A model generated the notes under the pieces. It was not told where the DNA came from, ran no database searches, and saw only the letters and a program-made list of their open reading frames with translations. A stretch of DNA of 64,000 nucleotides from Camelus dromedarius (lineage: Eukaryota). The stretch is taken from contig NC_087437.1 of the NCBI RefSeq assembly GCF_036321535.1, forward strand, positions 1,488,001-1,552,000, read 5' to 3'. The translations under genes were made by a program, and so were the position numbers. Below, in pieces: positions 12,001-26,899 of the stretch (position 1 is its first letter; the number at the start of each line of letters is the position of its first letter).

Positions 12001-15000
12001 ATGTATGGATTGGTGTTTGTTCCTGAAAAGAAACTTTGTGTTCCCAACAAGCTAAGTGAAGCACGGTTTTCACACACACTTATCTCTCGGAACTGAGCAT
12101 GTGGAGAGACTTTCGTTCTTCTAGCATAAAAGGAACGGGTTGCAGGGAAATTTTACTCTGGTTTCTCAGTCTGTTTCCAAGTGCCGGTTGGAAGTTCCTG
12201 CAGTTTTCACTGTAAAACCGAGTTGGAGCAAGTACTTCCCCATATATATCTATGGGGAGGAGTTTGCAACTGAAAGGAGACTTTGTCTTCCCAACAAGCT
12301 AGGTGAAGGACTGTTTTCACACACACTTATCTCTCAGAATTGAACATGTGGAGACACGTTCGTAAATCTAGCACAAATGTAACGGGTTGCAGGAGAAACT
12401 ATGACTCTGGTTTCTCGGTCTGTTTCCTAGTGCCGGTTTGAAGTTCCTGCAATTTTCACTGTAAAACAGAGTTGAATCTAGTACCTCCCCATATATATGT
12501 ATGGAGTGGTGTTTGTACCTGAAAGAAACTTTGTGTTCTCAACAAGCAAAGTGAAGGACGGCTTTACACACACATATCTCTGAGACCTGAGCATGTGGTG
12601 AGACATTCGTTCAACTAGCACAAAGGGAACGGTTTGCAGGGAAATTTTACTCTTGTTTCTCTGTCTGTTTCCTAGTGCTGGTTGGAAGTTCCTGCAGTTT
12701 TCACTGTAAAACCGAGTTGGATCTAGTACCTCCCCATATATATGTATGGAGTGTAGTTTGCAACTGAAAAGTAAGTTTGTGTTCCCAACAAGCTAGACGA
12801 AGGACGGATTTCATACACACATATCTCTCACAATTGAGCATGTGGATTGACGTACGTTCATCTAGCACAAATGGAAATGCTTGCAGGAGAAACTTTTACT
12901 CTGGTTTCTCAGTCTGTTTCCTAGGGCCGGTTTGAATTTCCTGCATTTTTCAATGTGAAACCGATTTGGAACTAGTACTTCCCCATATATATGTATGGAG
13001 TGTAGTTTGCAACTGAAAAGAAACTTTGTGTTCCAAACAAGCTAGGTGAAGAACGGCTTTCACACAAACTTATCTCTCAGAACTGAGCATGTGGAGAGAT
13101 TTTCGTTCATCTAGAACAAATGTAACGGGTTGCAGGAGAAAATATTCTTCTGGATTCTCAGTCTGTTTCCTAGTGCCGTTTTGAAGCTCCTACAGTTTTC
13201 ACTGTAAAAACGAGTTGGTGCTAATACCTCCTCATATATATGTATGCATTGCAGTTTGCAACTGTAAAGAATCTTTGTGTTCCAAACAAGCTGGGTGAAG
13301 GAAGGCTTTCATACACACATATCTCTCACATTTGAGCATGTGGAGAGACGTACGTTCATCTAGCACAAATGGAAATGCTTGCAGAAGAAACTTTTATTCT
13401 GGTTTCTCAGTCTGTTGCCTAGTGCCGGTTTGAAGTTCCTGAAGTTTTCCCTGTAAATTCGTGTTGGAGCTAGTACCAACCCATTTATATGTATTGAGTG
13501 GAGGATGCAAGTGGAAAGAATCTTTGTGTTCCCAACAACCTTGGTGAAGGAAGGCTTTCACAGACATTTATCTCTCAGAACTGAGCATGAGGAGAGACGA
13601 TCGTTCATCTAGCACAAATGGAACTGTTTGCTGGAGAAACTTTTACTCTGGTTTCACAGTGTGTTTCCTAGTGCCGGTTTGAAGTTCCTGCAGTTTTCAC
13701 TGTAAATCCAAGTTGGAGCTAGTACCTCCCCATATATATGTATGGAGTGTAGTTTGCAACTGAAAAGAAAGTTTGTGTTCCCAACAAGCTAGACGAAGGA
13801 CGGATTTCATACACACATATCTCTCACAATTGAGCATGTGGATTGACGTACGTTCATCTAGCACAAATGGAAATGCTTGCAGGAGAAACTTTTACTCTGG
13901 TTTCTCAGTCTGTTTCCTAGTGCCGGTTTGAATTTCCTGCATTTTTCAATGTGAAACCGATTTGGAACTAGTACTTCCCCATATATATGTATGGAGTGTA
14001 GTTTGCAACTGAAAAGAAACATTGTGTTCCAAACAAGCTGGTTAAGAACGGCTTTCACAGCCACTTATCTCTCGGAACGTAGCATGTGGAGAGACGTTCG
14101 TTCATTTGCATAAAGGGAACTGTTTGCAGGAGAAACTATTACTCCGGATTCTCAGTCTGTTTCATACTGCCGGTTTGATTTTCCTGCATTTTTCACTGTA
14201 AAACCGATTTGGAACTAGTACTTCCCCATATATATGTATGGAGTGTAGTTTGCAACTGAAAAGGAACTTTCTGTTCCCAACATGCTACGTGAAGGACGGG
14301 TTTCAAACACACTTATATCTAAGAAATGAGCATGTGGAGAGACGTTCGTTCATCTACCACAAAAGGAACGTTTTGTAGGAAAAACATTTTCTCTGGTTTC
14401 TCAGTCTGTTTCCTAGTGCTGGTTTGAAGTTCCTGCAGTTTTCACTGTAAAACCGATTTGGAGCTAGTACCTCCCCATATATATGTATGGAATGGAGATT
14501 GCAACTGTAAAGAAACTTTGTGTTCCCAACAAGATATGTTAAAGACTCCTTTCACACACAATTATTTCTCATAACTGAGCATGTGGAGAGACGTTTCTTC
14601 CTCTAACAAAATGGTAACCGATTGCAAGAGAAACTTTTAATCTGGTTTCTCAGTCTGTTTCCTAGTGCCTGTTTGAAGTTCCTGCAGTTTTCACTGTAAA
14701 ACACAGTTAGAGCTAGTACTTCCCCATAAATATGTATGGAGTGGAGTTTGCAATTGAAAACAAACTATGTGTTCCCATCAAGCTAGGTGAAGAATGGCTT
14801 TCACACACACTTATTTCTCAGAACTGAGCATGTGGAGAGACTTTCGTTCATCTAGCAAAAAGGGAACGGGTGGCAGGAGAAAATTTTCCTCTGGATTCTC
14901 ATTCAGTTTCCTAGTGCCGTTTTGATGTTCCTGCAGTTTTCCCTGTAAATTCGTGTTGGAGCTAGTACCAACCCATTTATATGTATTGAGTGGAGGATGC

Positions 15001-18000
15001 AAGTGGAAAGAATATTTGTGTTCCCAACAACCTTGGTGAAGGAAGGCTTTCACAGACATTTATCTCTCAGAACTGAGCATGAGGAGAGACGATCGTTCAT
15101 CTAGCACAAATGGAACTGTTTGCTGGAGAAACTTTTACTCTGGTTTCACAGTGTGTTTCCTAGTGCCGGTTTGAAGTTCCTGCAGTTTTCACTGTAAATC
15201 CAAGTTGGAGCTAGTACCTCCCCATATATATGTATGGAGTGTAGTTTGCAACTGAAAAGAAAGTTTGTGTTCCCAACAAGCTAGACGAAGGACGGATTTC
15301 ATACACACATATCTCTCACAATTGAGCATGTGGATTGACGTACGTTCATCTAGCACAAATGGAAATGCTTGCAGGAGAAACTTTTACTCTGGTTTCTCAG
15401 TCTGTTTCCTAGTGCCGGTTTGAATTTCCTGCATTTTTCAATGTGAAACCGATTTGGAACTAGTACTTCCCCATATATATGTATGGAGTGTAGTTTGCAA
15501 CTGAAAAGAAACTTTGTGTTCCAAACAAGCTAGGTGAAGAACGGCTTTCACACAAACTTATCTCTCAGAACTGAGCATGTGGAGAGACTTTTGTTCATCT
15601 AGAACAAATGTAACGGGTTGCAGGAGAAAATATTCTTCTGGATTCTCAGTCTGTTTCCTAGTGCCGTTTTGAAGTTCCTGCCGTTTTCACTGTTAATATG
15701 AGTTGGAGCTAGTACCTCCCTATATATATGTATGGAGTGTAGTTTGCAACTGAAAAGAAACTTTCTGTTCCCAACATGGTAAGTAAAGGACGGGTTTCAA
15801 GCACAATTATATCTCAGAAATAAGCATGTGGAGAGATTTTCTTTCATCTAGCAGAAAGGTAACTTGTTGCAGGAGAATATATTCCTCTGGATTCTCAGTC
15901 TGTTTCCTAGTGCCGTTTTGAAGCTCCTGCAGTTTTCACTGTAAAAACGAGTTGGAGCTAATACCTCCTCATATATATGTATGGATTGCAGTTTGCAACT
16001 TTAAAGAATCTTTGTGTTCCAAAAAAGCTGGTTGAAGGAAGGCTTTCATACACACATATCTCTCACAATTGAGCATGTGGAGAGACGTACGTTCATCTAG
16101 CACAAATGGAAATGCTTGCAGAAGAAACTTTTACTCTGGTTTCTCAGTCTGTTGCCTAGTGCCGGTTTGAAGTTCCTGAAGTTTTCACTGTAAAACCGAG
16201 TTGGAGCAAGTAACTCCCCATATATATATATGGAGTGTAGTGTGCAACTGAAAAGAAACTTTGTGTTCCCAACAAGCTAGTTGAAGGACGGCTTTCACAC
16301 ACACTTATCTCTCAGAACTGAACATGTGGAGACACGTTCGTTCATCTAGCAAAATGGGAACGAGTTGCAAGAGAAACTTTTACTCTGGTTTCTCAGTCTG
16401 TTTCCTAGAGCCTTTTTGAATTTCCTGCATTTTTCAATGTGAAACCGATTTGGAACTAGTACTTCCCCATATATATGTATGGAGTGTAGTTTGCAACTGA
16501 AAAGAAACATTGTGTTCCAAACAAGCTGGTTAAGAACGGCTTTCACAGCCACTTATCTCTCGGAACGTAGCATGTGGAGAGACGATCGTTCATCTAGCAC
16601 AAATGGAACTGTTTGCTGGAGAAACTTTTACTCTGGTTTCACAGTGTGTTTCCTAGTGCCAGTTGGAAGTTCCTAAAGTTTTCACTGTAAAACCGTGTTG
16701 GAACTAGTAACTCCCCTTATATATTTATGGAGTGTAGTTTGCAACTGAAAAGAAAGTTTGTGTTCCCAACAAGCTAGGTGAAAGACGGCTTTCACACACA
16801 CTTATCTGAGAACTGAGCATGTGGAGAGACGATGGTTCATCTAGCCAAAACTGAAAGGATTGCAGGTGAAACACTTACTCTGGTTTTTCAGTGTGTTTCC
16901 TAGTGCCGTTTTGAAGTTCCTGCGATTTTCACTGTAAAAACGAGTTCGAGCTAGTAACACAACATATATATTTATGGAGTGTATTTTGCAACTGAAAAGG
17001 AACTTGATGTTCCCATCAAGCTAGATGAAGGACGGCTTTCATACACATTTATCTCTCAGAACTGAACATGTGGAGACACGTTCGTTCATATACCACAATG
17101 GGAACGAGTAGCAGGAGAAACATTTACTATGGTTTCTCAGTCTGTTTCCTAGTGCCGGTTTGATGTTCCTGCACTTTTCACTGTAAAATACAGTTGGAGC
17201 TACTACATCCCCATAAATATGTATGGAGTGGAGTTTGCAATTGAAAACAAACTTTCTGTTCCCAACAATCTATGTGAAGGACGGCTTTCACACACAAATA
17301 TCTCTCACAAATTAGCATGTGGAGAGTCGTTCCTTCATGTATCAAAAATAGAACAGGTTGCAGGAGAAACTTTTACTCTGCTTTCTCAGTCTGTTTCCTA
17401 GTGCCGTTTTGAAGTTCCTGCAGTTTTCACTGTAAAACCGATTTGGAGCTAGTACCTCCCCATATATATGTATGGATTGGAGATTGCAACTGTAAAGAAA
17501 CTTTGTGTTCCCAACAAGATAGGTGAAGGACGCCTTTCACACAAACTTATTTCTCATAACTGAGCATGTGGAGAGACGTTTCTTCATCTAACACAAGGGT
17601 AGCCGGTTGCAAGGGAAACATTTAATCTGGTATCTCAGTCTGTTTCCTAGTCCCTGATTGAAGTTCCTGCAGTTTTCACTGTAAAACCCAGTTGGAGCTA
17701 GTACTTCCCCATAAATATGTATGGAGTGGAGTTTGCAATTGAAAACAAACTTTGTGTTCCCAGCAAGCTAGGTGAAGGACGTCTTTCACACACAATTATC
17801 TCTCAGCACTTATCTTGTGGAGAGACGTTCGTTCATGTAGCACAAATGGAATGGTTTGCAGGAGAAATTTTTACTCTGGTTTCTCAGAATTTTTCCTAGT
17901 GTCGGTTTGAAGTTCCAGCAGTTTTCACTGTAAAACCGAGTATGAGCCAATTCCTCCCCATATATGTGAATGGAGTGTAGTTCACAACTGAAAAGAATCT

Positions 18001-21000
18001 TTGTTTTCCCAATAAGCTATGTGAAGTATGGCATTCACAAACACTTGTCTCTCAAAACTGAGCATGTGGGGATACGTTCGTTCGTGTAGCACAAGGGAAC
18101 GGTTTGCTGGATAAACTTTTACTCTGGTTGCACAGTTTCCTAGTGCCGGTGGGAAGTTCCTGCAGTTTTCACATTGAACCCGAGTTGGAGCTAGTACCTC
18201 CCCATATATATGTATGGAGTGTAGTTTGCACCTGAAAAGATAATTTGTCTTCCCAACAAGCTACGTGAAGGACGGCATTCACACAAACTTATCTCTCAGA
18301 ACTGAGCATTTGGGGAGGCATTCGTTCATGTAGCACAACGGGAACTGGTAGCAGGAGAAATTTTAATTAGTTTTATTGTGTTTCCCAGTGTTGGTTTGAA
18401 GTTCCAGCAATTTTCGCTGTAAAAAAATTTTGGTGCTAATAACTCCCCATACATATATATGGATTGTAATTTGCAACTGAATAGAATCTTTGTGTTCCCA
18501 ACCAAGCTGTGTGAAGGGTGGCATTCACACACATATAACTCTCAGAACTGAGCATGTGGGGAGACTTTCGTTCCTGTAGCACAAGGGAACGTTTTGCTGG
18601 GGAAACTTGTACTCTGGTTTCACAGTTAGTTTCCTACTGCCGGACGGAAGTTCCTGCAGTTTTCACTGTGAGCCTGAAATCTAGCTAGTACTTCCCCATA
18701 TATATGTATGGAGTGTATTTTGCACCTGAATAGATAATTTGTGTTCTCAACAAGCTAGGTGAAGGACGGCATTCACACAATCTTATCTCTCAGAACTGAG
18801 CATTTGGGGAGACGTTCGTTCATGTAGCACAAAGGGAACGGGTTGTAGGAGAAAATTTAATTTGGTTTTTCAGTGTGTTTCCTAGTGTCCGTTTGAAGTT
18901 CTTGCAGTTTTCGCTGTAAAAACGAGTTGGTGCTAGTACCTCCTCATATATATATATGGAGTGTCTTTTGCAACTGAATAGTGTCTTTGTGTTCCCAACA
19001 AGCTCTTTGAAGGGCGGCTTTCACACACATATATCTTTCAGAACTGAGCATGTGGATAGACTTTCGTTCATCTAGCACAAATGGAACGGGTTTCAGGAGA
19101 AATTTTAATCTTGTTTCTCAGTCTCTTTCTTAGTGCTGGTTTGAAATTCCTTTAGTTTTCACTATAAAACCGAGTTGGAACAAATACCACCTCATATATA
19201 AATATTGTATGTAGTTTGCTTCTGAAAAGAAACTTTGTGTTCCCAACAAGCTTGGTAAGGACGGGTTTCACACATATTTATCTCTCAGAACTGAGCATGT
19301 GGGGAGACATTCGTTCATCTAGCAAAAATGAACGAGTTGCATGGAAAACTATTACTCTGGTTTCTCAGTCTGTTTCCTAATTCCGGTTGTAAGTTCCTGC
19401 AATTTTCACTGTAAAACCGATTTGGAACTAGTACTTCCCCATATGTATATATGGAGTGTAGTTTGCAACTGAATAGAATCTTTGTGTTCCCAACAAGCTA
19501 TGTGAAGGACGGCTTTCGCACACATAGATCTCCAGAACATAGCATGTCGGGAGACATTCATTCATCTACCAAAACAGAATGGGATGCATGGGAAATTTTT
19601 ACTCTTGTTTCACAGCCTTTTCCTAGTGTCGGTTGGAAATTCCTGCACTTTTCACTTTAAAACCGAGTTGGAGTTATTAATTCCCCATATATATGTATGG
19701 ATTGTCATTTGCTTCTTAAAAAAACTTTGTGATCCCAACTAGCTATTTGAAGTACGGCTTTCACACACACTTATCTCTCAAACTGAGCATAAGGGGAGAC
19801 GTTCGTTCGTCTAGCACATGGGAAAGCTTTGCTGGAGTAAATTTTACTCTGGATTCTCAGTCTGTTTCCTAGTGCCGGTCTAAAGATCCTGCAGTGTTCG
19901 CTGTAAAACCGAGTTGGTTCTACTACTTCCACATATAAATATATGGAATGTAGTTTGCAACTGAATAGTAACTTTGTGTTCCCAACAAGCTAGTTGAAGG
20001 ACTGCTTTCACACACAATTATGTCTCAGAACTAAGCATGTGTGGAGACTTTCGTTCAAATAGCAAAAAGGGAACGGATTGCATGTGGAATATTTACTCTG
20101 GTTTCTCAGTCAGTTTCCTAGTGCTGGGATGAAGTTCTTGCAGTTTTCATTGTAAATCCGTGTTGGAGCTAATACTTCCCCATATATATATATGGAGTGT
20201 TGTTTGCATTTGAAAAGAGTATTTGTGTTCCCAAAAAGCTAGTTTAAGGGAGGGTTTCACACAAACTTACCTCTCTAAACTGAGCATGTAGAGAGACTCT
20301 CGTTCATCTAGCACAATTTGAACGTGTTTCAAGAATCTTTACTTTGGTTTCTCAGTCTATATCCTAGTGCCGGTTTTAAGTTACTGTAGTTTTCTCTGTA
20401 AAACCGAGTTGGATCTAGAACCTCCCCATATATATTTATGGAGTGTAGATAGCACCTGAAGAGAAACTCTATGTTCCCAACAAGCTTGTTGTAGGACGAC
20501 TTTCACACACACATATATTTCAGTGCTGAGGATGTGGATAGGCTTTAGTTCATGTAGCACAAAAGGAAAGTTTTGCAGGAGAAAATTTACTCTGGTTTCT
20601 CAGTCTGTTTCCTAGTGCCGTTTTGAAATTCCTGCATTTTTCACTGTAAAAACGAGTTAGAGCTGGTTCTTCCCTACAAAATGAATGGATGGCAGTTTGC
20701 TTCTTAAAAGTAACTTTGTGTTCCCAAGAAGCAAGGTGAAGGATGGCATTCACACACACTTATCTCTCAGCACAGAGCTTGTGGAGAGACGTTCGTTCAT
20801 CTAGCACAAATGGAATGGTTTGAGGTGAAATTTTTACTCTGGATTCTCAGAATTTTTCCTAGTGTCGGTTTGAAGTTCCTGCAGTTTTCACTGTAAAACC
20901 GAGTATGAGCCAATTCCTCCCCATATATGTGAATGGAGTGTAGTTCACAACTGAAAAGAATCTTTGTGTTCCCAATAAGCTATGTGAATTATGGCATTCA

Positions 21001-24000
21001 CACACACTTGTCTCTCAAAACTGAGCATGTGGGGATACGTTCGTTCGTGTAGCACAAGGGAACGGCTGGCTGGAGAAAGTTTTACTCTGGTTTCACAGTT
21101 AGTTTCCTAGTGCCGGTGGGAAGTTCCTGCAGTTTTCACTGTGAACAAGAGTTGGAGCTAGTACCTCCCCATATATATGTATGGAGTGTAGATTGCACCT
21201 GAGTAGAAATTTTGTGTTCCCAACAAGCTAGGTGAAGGACGGCATTCACACAAACTTATCTCTCAGAACTGAGCATTTGGGGAGGCATTCGTTCATGTAG
21301 CAAAACGGGACCTGGTAGCAGGAGAAATTTTAATTAGTTTTATTGTGTTTCCCAGTGTTGGTTTGAAGTTCCAGCAATTTTCGCTGTAAAAAAATTTTGG
21401 TGCTAATAACTCCCCATACATATATATGGATTGTATTTTGCAACTGAATAGAATCTTTGTGTTCCCAACCAAGCTGTGTGAAGGGTGGCATTCACACACA
21501 TATAACTCTCAGAACTGAGCATGTGGGGAGACTTTCGTTCATCTAGCACATAGGGAATGGTTTGCAGGAGAAACTTTTACTCTGGTTTCTCAGTCTGTTT
21601 CCTAGTGTCGGTTTGGATTTCATGCCGTTTTCCCTTTAAATCCGAGTATGGGCCAATACTTCCCCATATATATGAATGGAGTGTAGTTTACAACTGAAAG
21701 AATCTTTGTGTTCCCAACAAGCTTTGTGAAGTACGGCATTCACACACACTTGTCTCTTAAAAGTGAGCATGTGGGGAGACATTCGTTCGTCTAGCAAAAG
21801 GGAACGTTTTGCTACAGAAACCTGTACACTGTTTTCTCAGTTAGTTTCCTAGTGCCAGTCGGAAGTTCCTGCAGTTTTCACTGTGAGCACGAATTCGAGC
21901 TAGTACCTCCCCATATATATGTATGGAGTGTAGTTTGCACCTGAAGAGATAATTAGTGTTCCCAACAAGCTACGTGAAGGACGGCATTCACACAATCTTA
22001 TATCTCAGAACTGAGCATTTGGGGAGACGTTCGTTCATGTAGCACAAATGGAACGGGTTGTAGGAGAATATTTAATTTGGTTTTTCAGTGTGTTTCCTAG
22101 TGTCCGTTTGAGGTTCTTGCAGTTTTCGCTGTAAAAAAGAGTTGATGCTAGTACCTCCTCATATATATATATGGAGTGTCTTTTGCAACTGAATAGTGTC
22201 TTTGTGTTCCCAACAAGCTCTTTGAAGGGCGGCTTTCACACACATATATCTTTCAGAACTGAGCATGTGGATAGACTTTCGTTCATCTAGCACAAATGGA
22301 ACGGGTTTCAGGAGAAATTTTACTCTTGTTTCTCAGTCTCTTTCTTAGTGCCGGTTTGAAATTCCTTTAGTTTTCACTGTAAAACCAAGTTGGAACAAAT
22401 ACCACCCCATATATATGTATTGTATGTAGTTTGCATCTGAAAAGAAACTTTGTGTTCCCAACAAGCTAGGTAAGGACGGGTTTCTCACACATTTATCTCT
22501 CAGAACTGAGCATGTGGGGAGACATTCGTTCATCTAGCAAAAATGAAAGAGTTGCATGGAAAAATATTTCTCTGGTTTCTCAGTCTGTTTCCTACTTCCG
22601 GTTGGAAGTTCCTGCAATTTTCACTGTAAAATCTATTTGGAGCTTGTAATACCCCATATATATATATGGAGTGCAGTTTGCAACTGAATAGAATCTTTGT
22701 GTTCCCAACAAGCTATATGAAGGACGGCTTTCACACACATAGGTCTCCAGAACATAGCATGTCGGGAGACACTCATTCATCTACCAAAACCGAATGGGAT
22801 GCATGGGAAATTTTTACTCTTGTTTCACAGTCTTTTCCTAGTGTCGGTTGGAAATTCCTGCACTTTTCACTTTAAAACCGAGTTGAAGTTATTAATTCCC
22901 CATATATATGTATGGATTGTAGTTTGCTTATTAAAAAAACTTTGTGTTCCCAACTAGCTATGTGAAGTACGCCTTTCACACACACTTATCTCTCAAAGTG
23001 AGCATAAGGGGAGATGTTCGTTCGTCTAGCACATGGGAATGTTTTGCTGGAGAAACTTTTACTCTGGATTCTCAGTCTGTTTCCTAGTGCCGGTCTGAAG
23101 ATCCTGCAGTGTTCGCTGTAAAACCGAGTTGGTTCTAGTGCCTCCCCATAAAAATATATGGAGTGTAGTTTGCAACAGAATAGTAACTTTGTGTTCCCAA
23201 CAAGCTAGTTGAAGGACTGCTTTCACACACAATTATGTCTCAGAACTAAGCATGTGTGGAGACTTTCGTTCAAATAGCAAAAAGGGAACGGATTGCATGT
23301 GGAATATTTACTCTGGTTTCTCAGTCAGTTTCCTAGTGCTGGGATGAAGTTCTTGCAGTTTTCAATGTAAAACCGTGTTGGAGCTAATACTTCCCCATAT
23401 ATATATATGGAGTGTAGTTTGCATCTGTAAAGAGTATTTGTGTTCCCAAAAAGCTAGTTTAAGGGAGGGTTTCACACAAATATATCTCTCTAAACTGAGC
23501 ATGTAGGGAGACTCTCGTTCATCTAGCACAATGGGAACGTGTTGCAAGAAACTTTTACTTTGGTTTCTCAGTCTATTTCCTAGTGCCGGGTTTAAGTTAC
23601 TGTAGTTTCCACTGTAAAACCGAGTTGGATCTAGAACCTCCCCATATATATTTATGGAGTGTAGTTTGCACCTGAAGAGAAACTCTATGTTCAAAACAAG
23701 CTTGTTGAAGGACGACTTTCACACGCACATATATTTCAGTGCTCAGCATGTGGATAGGCTTTAGTTCATGTAGCACAAAAGGAAAGTTTTGCAGGAGAAA
23801 ATTTACTCTGGTTTCTCAGTCTGTTTCCTAGTGCCGTTTTGAAATTCCTGCATTTTTCGCTGTAAAAACGAGTTGGAGCTGGTTCTTCCCTACAAAATGA
23901 ATGGATGGCAGTTTGCTTGTTAAAAGTAATTTTGTGTTCCCAAGAAGCAAGGTGAAGGATGGCATTCACACACACTTATCTCTCAGCAGAGAGTTTGTGG

Positions 24001-26899
24001 AGAGACGTTCGTTCATCTAGCACAAATGGAATTGTTTGAGGTGAAATTTTTACTCTGGATTCTCAGACTTTTTCCTAGTGTCGGTTTGAAGTTCCTGCAG
24101 TTTTCACTGTAAAACTGAGTATGAGCCAATTCCTCCCCATATATGTGAATGGAGTGTAGTTCACAACTGAAAAGAATCTTTGTGTTCCCAATAAGCATTG
24201 TGAAGTATGGCATTCACACACACTTGTCTCTCAAAACTGAGCATGTGGGGATACGTTCGTTCGTGTAGCACAAGGGAACGGTTTGCCTGAGAAACTTTTA
24301 CTCTGGTTTCTCAGTCTGTTTCCTAGTGCCGGTCGGAACATCCTGCAGTTTTCACTGTGAACACGAGTTGGAGCTAGTACCTCCCCATATATATGTATGG
24401 AGTATAGATTGCACCTGAAGGGAAATTTTGTGTTCCCAACAAGCTAGGTGAAGGACGGCATTCACACAAAATTATCTCTCAGAACTGAGCATTTGGGGAG
24501 GCATTCGTTCATGTAGCACAACTGGAACAGGTTGCAGGAGAAATTTTAATTAGTTTTATTGTGTTTCCTAGTGTTGGTTTGAAGTTCCAGCAATTTTCGC
24601 TGTTAAAAAAATTTTGGTGCTACTACCTCCCCATATATATATATATATGAATTTTATTTTGCAACTGAATACAATCTTTGTGTTCCCAACCAAGCTGTGT
24701 GAAGGGTGGCATTCACACACTTATAACTCTCAGAACTGAGCATGTGGGGAGACATTCGTTCATCTAGCACAAAGGGAATGGTTTGCAGGAGAAACTTTTA
24801 CTCTGGTTTCTCATTCTGTTTCCTAGTGTCGGTTTGGATTTCATGCCGTTTTCCCTGTAAATCCGATTATGAGCCAATACTTCCCCATATATATGAATGG
24901 GTGTAGTTTACAGCTGAAAGAATCTTTGTGTTCCCAACAAGCTTTTTGAAGTACGGCATTCACACACACATGTCTCTCAAAACTGAGCATGTGGGGATAC
25001 GTTCGTTCCTGTAGCACAAGTGAAAGTTTTGCTGGGGAAACTTGTACTCTGGTTTCACAGTTAGTTTCCTAGTGCCGGTGGGAAGTTCCTGCAGTTTTCA
25101 CTGTGAACCCGATTTGCAGCTAGTACCTCCCCATATATATGTATGGAGTGTAGATTGCACCTGAAGAGATAATTTGTGTTCCCAACAAGCTAGGTGAAGG
25201 ACGAAATTCACACAAACTTACTCTCAGAACTGAGCATTTGGGGAGGCATTCGTTCATGTAGCACAACAAGAACTGGTTGCAGGAGAAATTTTAATTAGTT
25301 TTATTGTGTTCCCTAGTGTTGGTTTCAAGTTCCAGCAATTTTCGCTGTAAAGAAAATTTGGTGCTAATACCTCCCCATACATACATATGGATTGTATTTT
25401 GCAACTGAATAGAATCTTTGTGTTCCCAACAAGCTCTGTGTAGGGTGGCTTTCACACACATATAACTCTCAGAACTGAGCATGTGGGGAGACTTTCGTTC
25501 ATCTAGCTCAAATGGAATGGTTTGCAGGAGAAACTTTTACTCTGGTTTCTCAGTCTGTTTCCTAGTGTCGGTTTTGATTTCCTGCAGTTTTCACTGTAAA
25601 TCCGAGTATGAGCCAATACTTCCCTATATATATGAATGGAGTGTAATTTACAACTGAAAGAATTTTGTGTTCCCAACAAGCTTTGTGAAGTACGGCATTC
25701 ACACACACTTGTCTCTCAAAAGTGAGCATGTGGGGAGACATTCGTTCGTCTACCAAAAGGGAACGTTTTGCTAGAGAAACTTGTACTCTGTTTTCTCAGT
25801 TAGTTTCCTAGTGCCAGTCAGAAGTTCCTGCAGTTTTCCCTGTGAGCCCGAATTCGAGCTAGTACCTCCCCATATATATGTATGGAGTGTAGTTTGCACC
25901 TGAAGAGATAATTTGTTTTCCCAACAAGCTAGGTGAAGGACGGCATTCACACAATCTTATCTCTCAGAACTGAGCATTTGGGGAGACGTTCGTTCATGTA
26001 GCACAAAGGGAACGGGTTGTAGGAGAAAATTTAATTTGGTTTTCCGTGTGTTTCCTAGTGTCCGTTTGAAGTTCTTGCACTTTTCGCTGTAAAAACGAGT
26101 TGGTGCTAGTACCTCCCCATATATATATATGGAGTGTCTTTTGCAACTGAATAGTGTCTTTGTGTTCCCAACAAGCTCTTTGAAGGGCGGCTTTCACACA
26201 CATATATCTCTCAGAACTGAGCATGTTGGGAGACGTTCGTTCATCTAGCACAAAATGAATGGTATGCAATAGAATATTTTACTCTGTTTTCTCAGTCTTT
26301 TTCCTAGTGCCGGTTTGAATTTTTTGCAGTTTTGACTGTAAAAACGATTTGGAGCTATTACCTCCCCTTATAAATTTATGTAGTGTAGTTTGTCAATGAA
26401 AGGAGACTTTGTGTTCCCAACAAGCTACATGAAGAAGTGCATTCAAAGACACCTATCTCTGAGATCTGAGCATGTGGAGAGATGTTTGTTCATCTAGCAC
26501 ATAGGAACGTGTTTCACGGGAAACTTTTACTCTTCTTTCTCAGTCTGTTTCCTCGTGCCGTTTTGAATTTCCTGCAGTTTTCACTGTAAAACCGATTTGG
26601 AGCTAGTACATCCCCAAATATATGTATGGATTGTAGTTTACATCTGAAAATAAACTTTGTATTCCAAACAAGGTAGGTTAAATACGGGTTTCACACACAC
26701 TTATCTCTCACAACTGAGCATGAGGGGAGACTTTCATTCATCTAGCACAAAGGGAACTGGTTGCAGGAGAAATTTTACTCTGGTTTCTCAGTCTGTTTCC
26801 TTGTTCCGGTTTGAAGTTCCTGCAGTTTTCACTGTAAAACCGCGTTGGAGCTAGTACCTCCCCATATATATATATGGAGTGTAATTTGCAAGTGGAAAG
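1..26899 (+). repeat. Tandem satellite array, 248-249 bp monomer, ~108 copies (centromeric/pericentromeric type)
   Basis: The anchor 'catctagca' recurs at 197, 446, 694 and onward (248-249 bp period) without interruption to ~26.9 kb. Consensus reads GAGACGTTCGTTCATCTAGCACAAAGGGAACGGGTTGCAGGAGAAACTTTTACTCTGGTTTCTCAGTCTGTTTCCTAGTGCCGGTTTGAAGTTCCTGCAGTTTTCACTGTAAAACCG..., with CTGCAG (PstI) and CCGG (MspI) in most monomers. The array runs off the left edge of the window. Centromeric location is inference. Confidence 0.98.

Noticed and set aside
1..26899. CRISPR-like regular repeats
   Set aside because: The whole 249 bp unit repeats. There are no unique spacers and no cas genes, and the context is mammalian.
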